This document shows, in pieces, positions 35,861 through 36,572 of a stretch of 36,572 bases of DNA. A program made the translations under genes and the position numbers. Each line of letters opens with the position of its first letter. The stretch's first letter is position 1. Source of the stretch: Intoshia linei (lineage: Eukaryota; Animalia; Orthonectida); the NCBI GenBank assembly GCA_001642005.1, contig LWCA01000254.1:1-36572 (forward strand), read 5' to 3'. The notes beneath the pieces are model-generated. The model was not told where the DNA came from and made no database searches. It saw only the letters and a list, made by a program, of their open reading frames with translations.

Positions 35861-36572
35861 AAATGTTAGATTAAAATTGAAAATGAAAAAGTATATCTTC
35901 ATCTTACAATTTAAAAAAAAGTGTATTGAATGTCAACACATTTCTAATAAAGAAATATGGATAAAAATCTATATAATTCATTCCTTCGGAATTTTTTTCA
36001 TTGCTACGCAATTTTTGATTCTAAAATTCTTATTTCAAAACATTTTGTTTAAAATTTAAATTTAAACTATATTAAAAATTCACTAAAAGTAAAACTTTAT
36101 TATTATCATTTTTATAAATTGAGTTAAAAGTTAATTTACGTTATTTTGGTAGCAAATACTTTATTTTAGTAAATTACATACAAATTGTACTTTCCCAAGT
36201 TTTTCATATTATAATACTTAGCATGGAAATATCTCCAATTCTCTAAAATTTCTGTTTATTTCCAAGTCAATTTAAGGAGCTATAGGGTAAACAATTTTAA
36301 AATTATGTATTTAAATTTTAAAACAACGTATAAAATTTATTAACATTTATAATAATGTAAATAAATTAAAATTAAATTAATTGTTGTCAATATCAGTTGT
36401 TTTTTGCATTTATTTGAAATAGAATGTTATAAAATTGCTAATAAATTTTGCTATATTTGCGGTATGTATATGAAAAGTTAGGTAAATATCTTATTAATTA
36501 ATCTATATTTTATTTAGGAAAGAGTTATTTGTTGACGAATTCTAAAACGATTGGATTTTTTTATGAAAAAGT

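Noticed and set aside
1-36572. Alternative genetic code or prokaryotic operon explanation for the fragmented ORFs
   Set aside because: The ORF breaks examined are resolved by canonical GT-AG introns under the standard code.

Overview
This is very AT-rich eukaryotic (probably animal) genomic DNA with densely packed genes and mostly tiny (~30-45 nt) GT-AG introns, so the ORF track shows only exon fragments. Manual splicing supports seven protein-coding genes: an XK-family scramblase (+), BBOF1/CCDC176 (-), a TBC1D15/17-like Rab-GAP (+), a mitochondrial-type cysteinyl-tRNA synthetase CARS2 (+), PUM3/Puf6 (-), IFT20 (+), and the 3' part of a DNAH5/8-type outer-arm axonemal dynein heavy chain (-). 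PUM3 and IFT20 are absent from the ORF track. The most striking feature is a complete 4-exon IFT20 gene lying antisense inside one 568-nt PUM3 intron and filling almost all of it. Most of the long introns and intergenic gaps carry non-autonomous transposon-like sequence: a 4-copy Helitron-like family, foldback-like elements with ~29-nt tandem subunits, hAT-like MITEs and a BED-finger transposase relic. The architecture resembles a compact ciliated parasite genome such as an orthonectid, which is inference only. All homology calls are from recalled motifs, not database searches.
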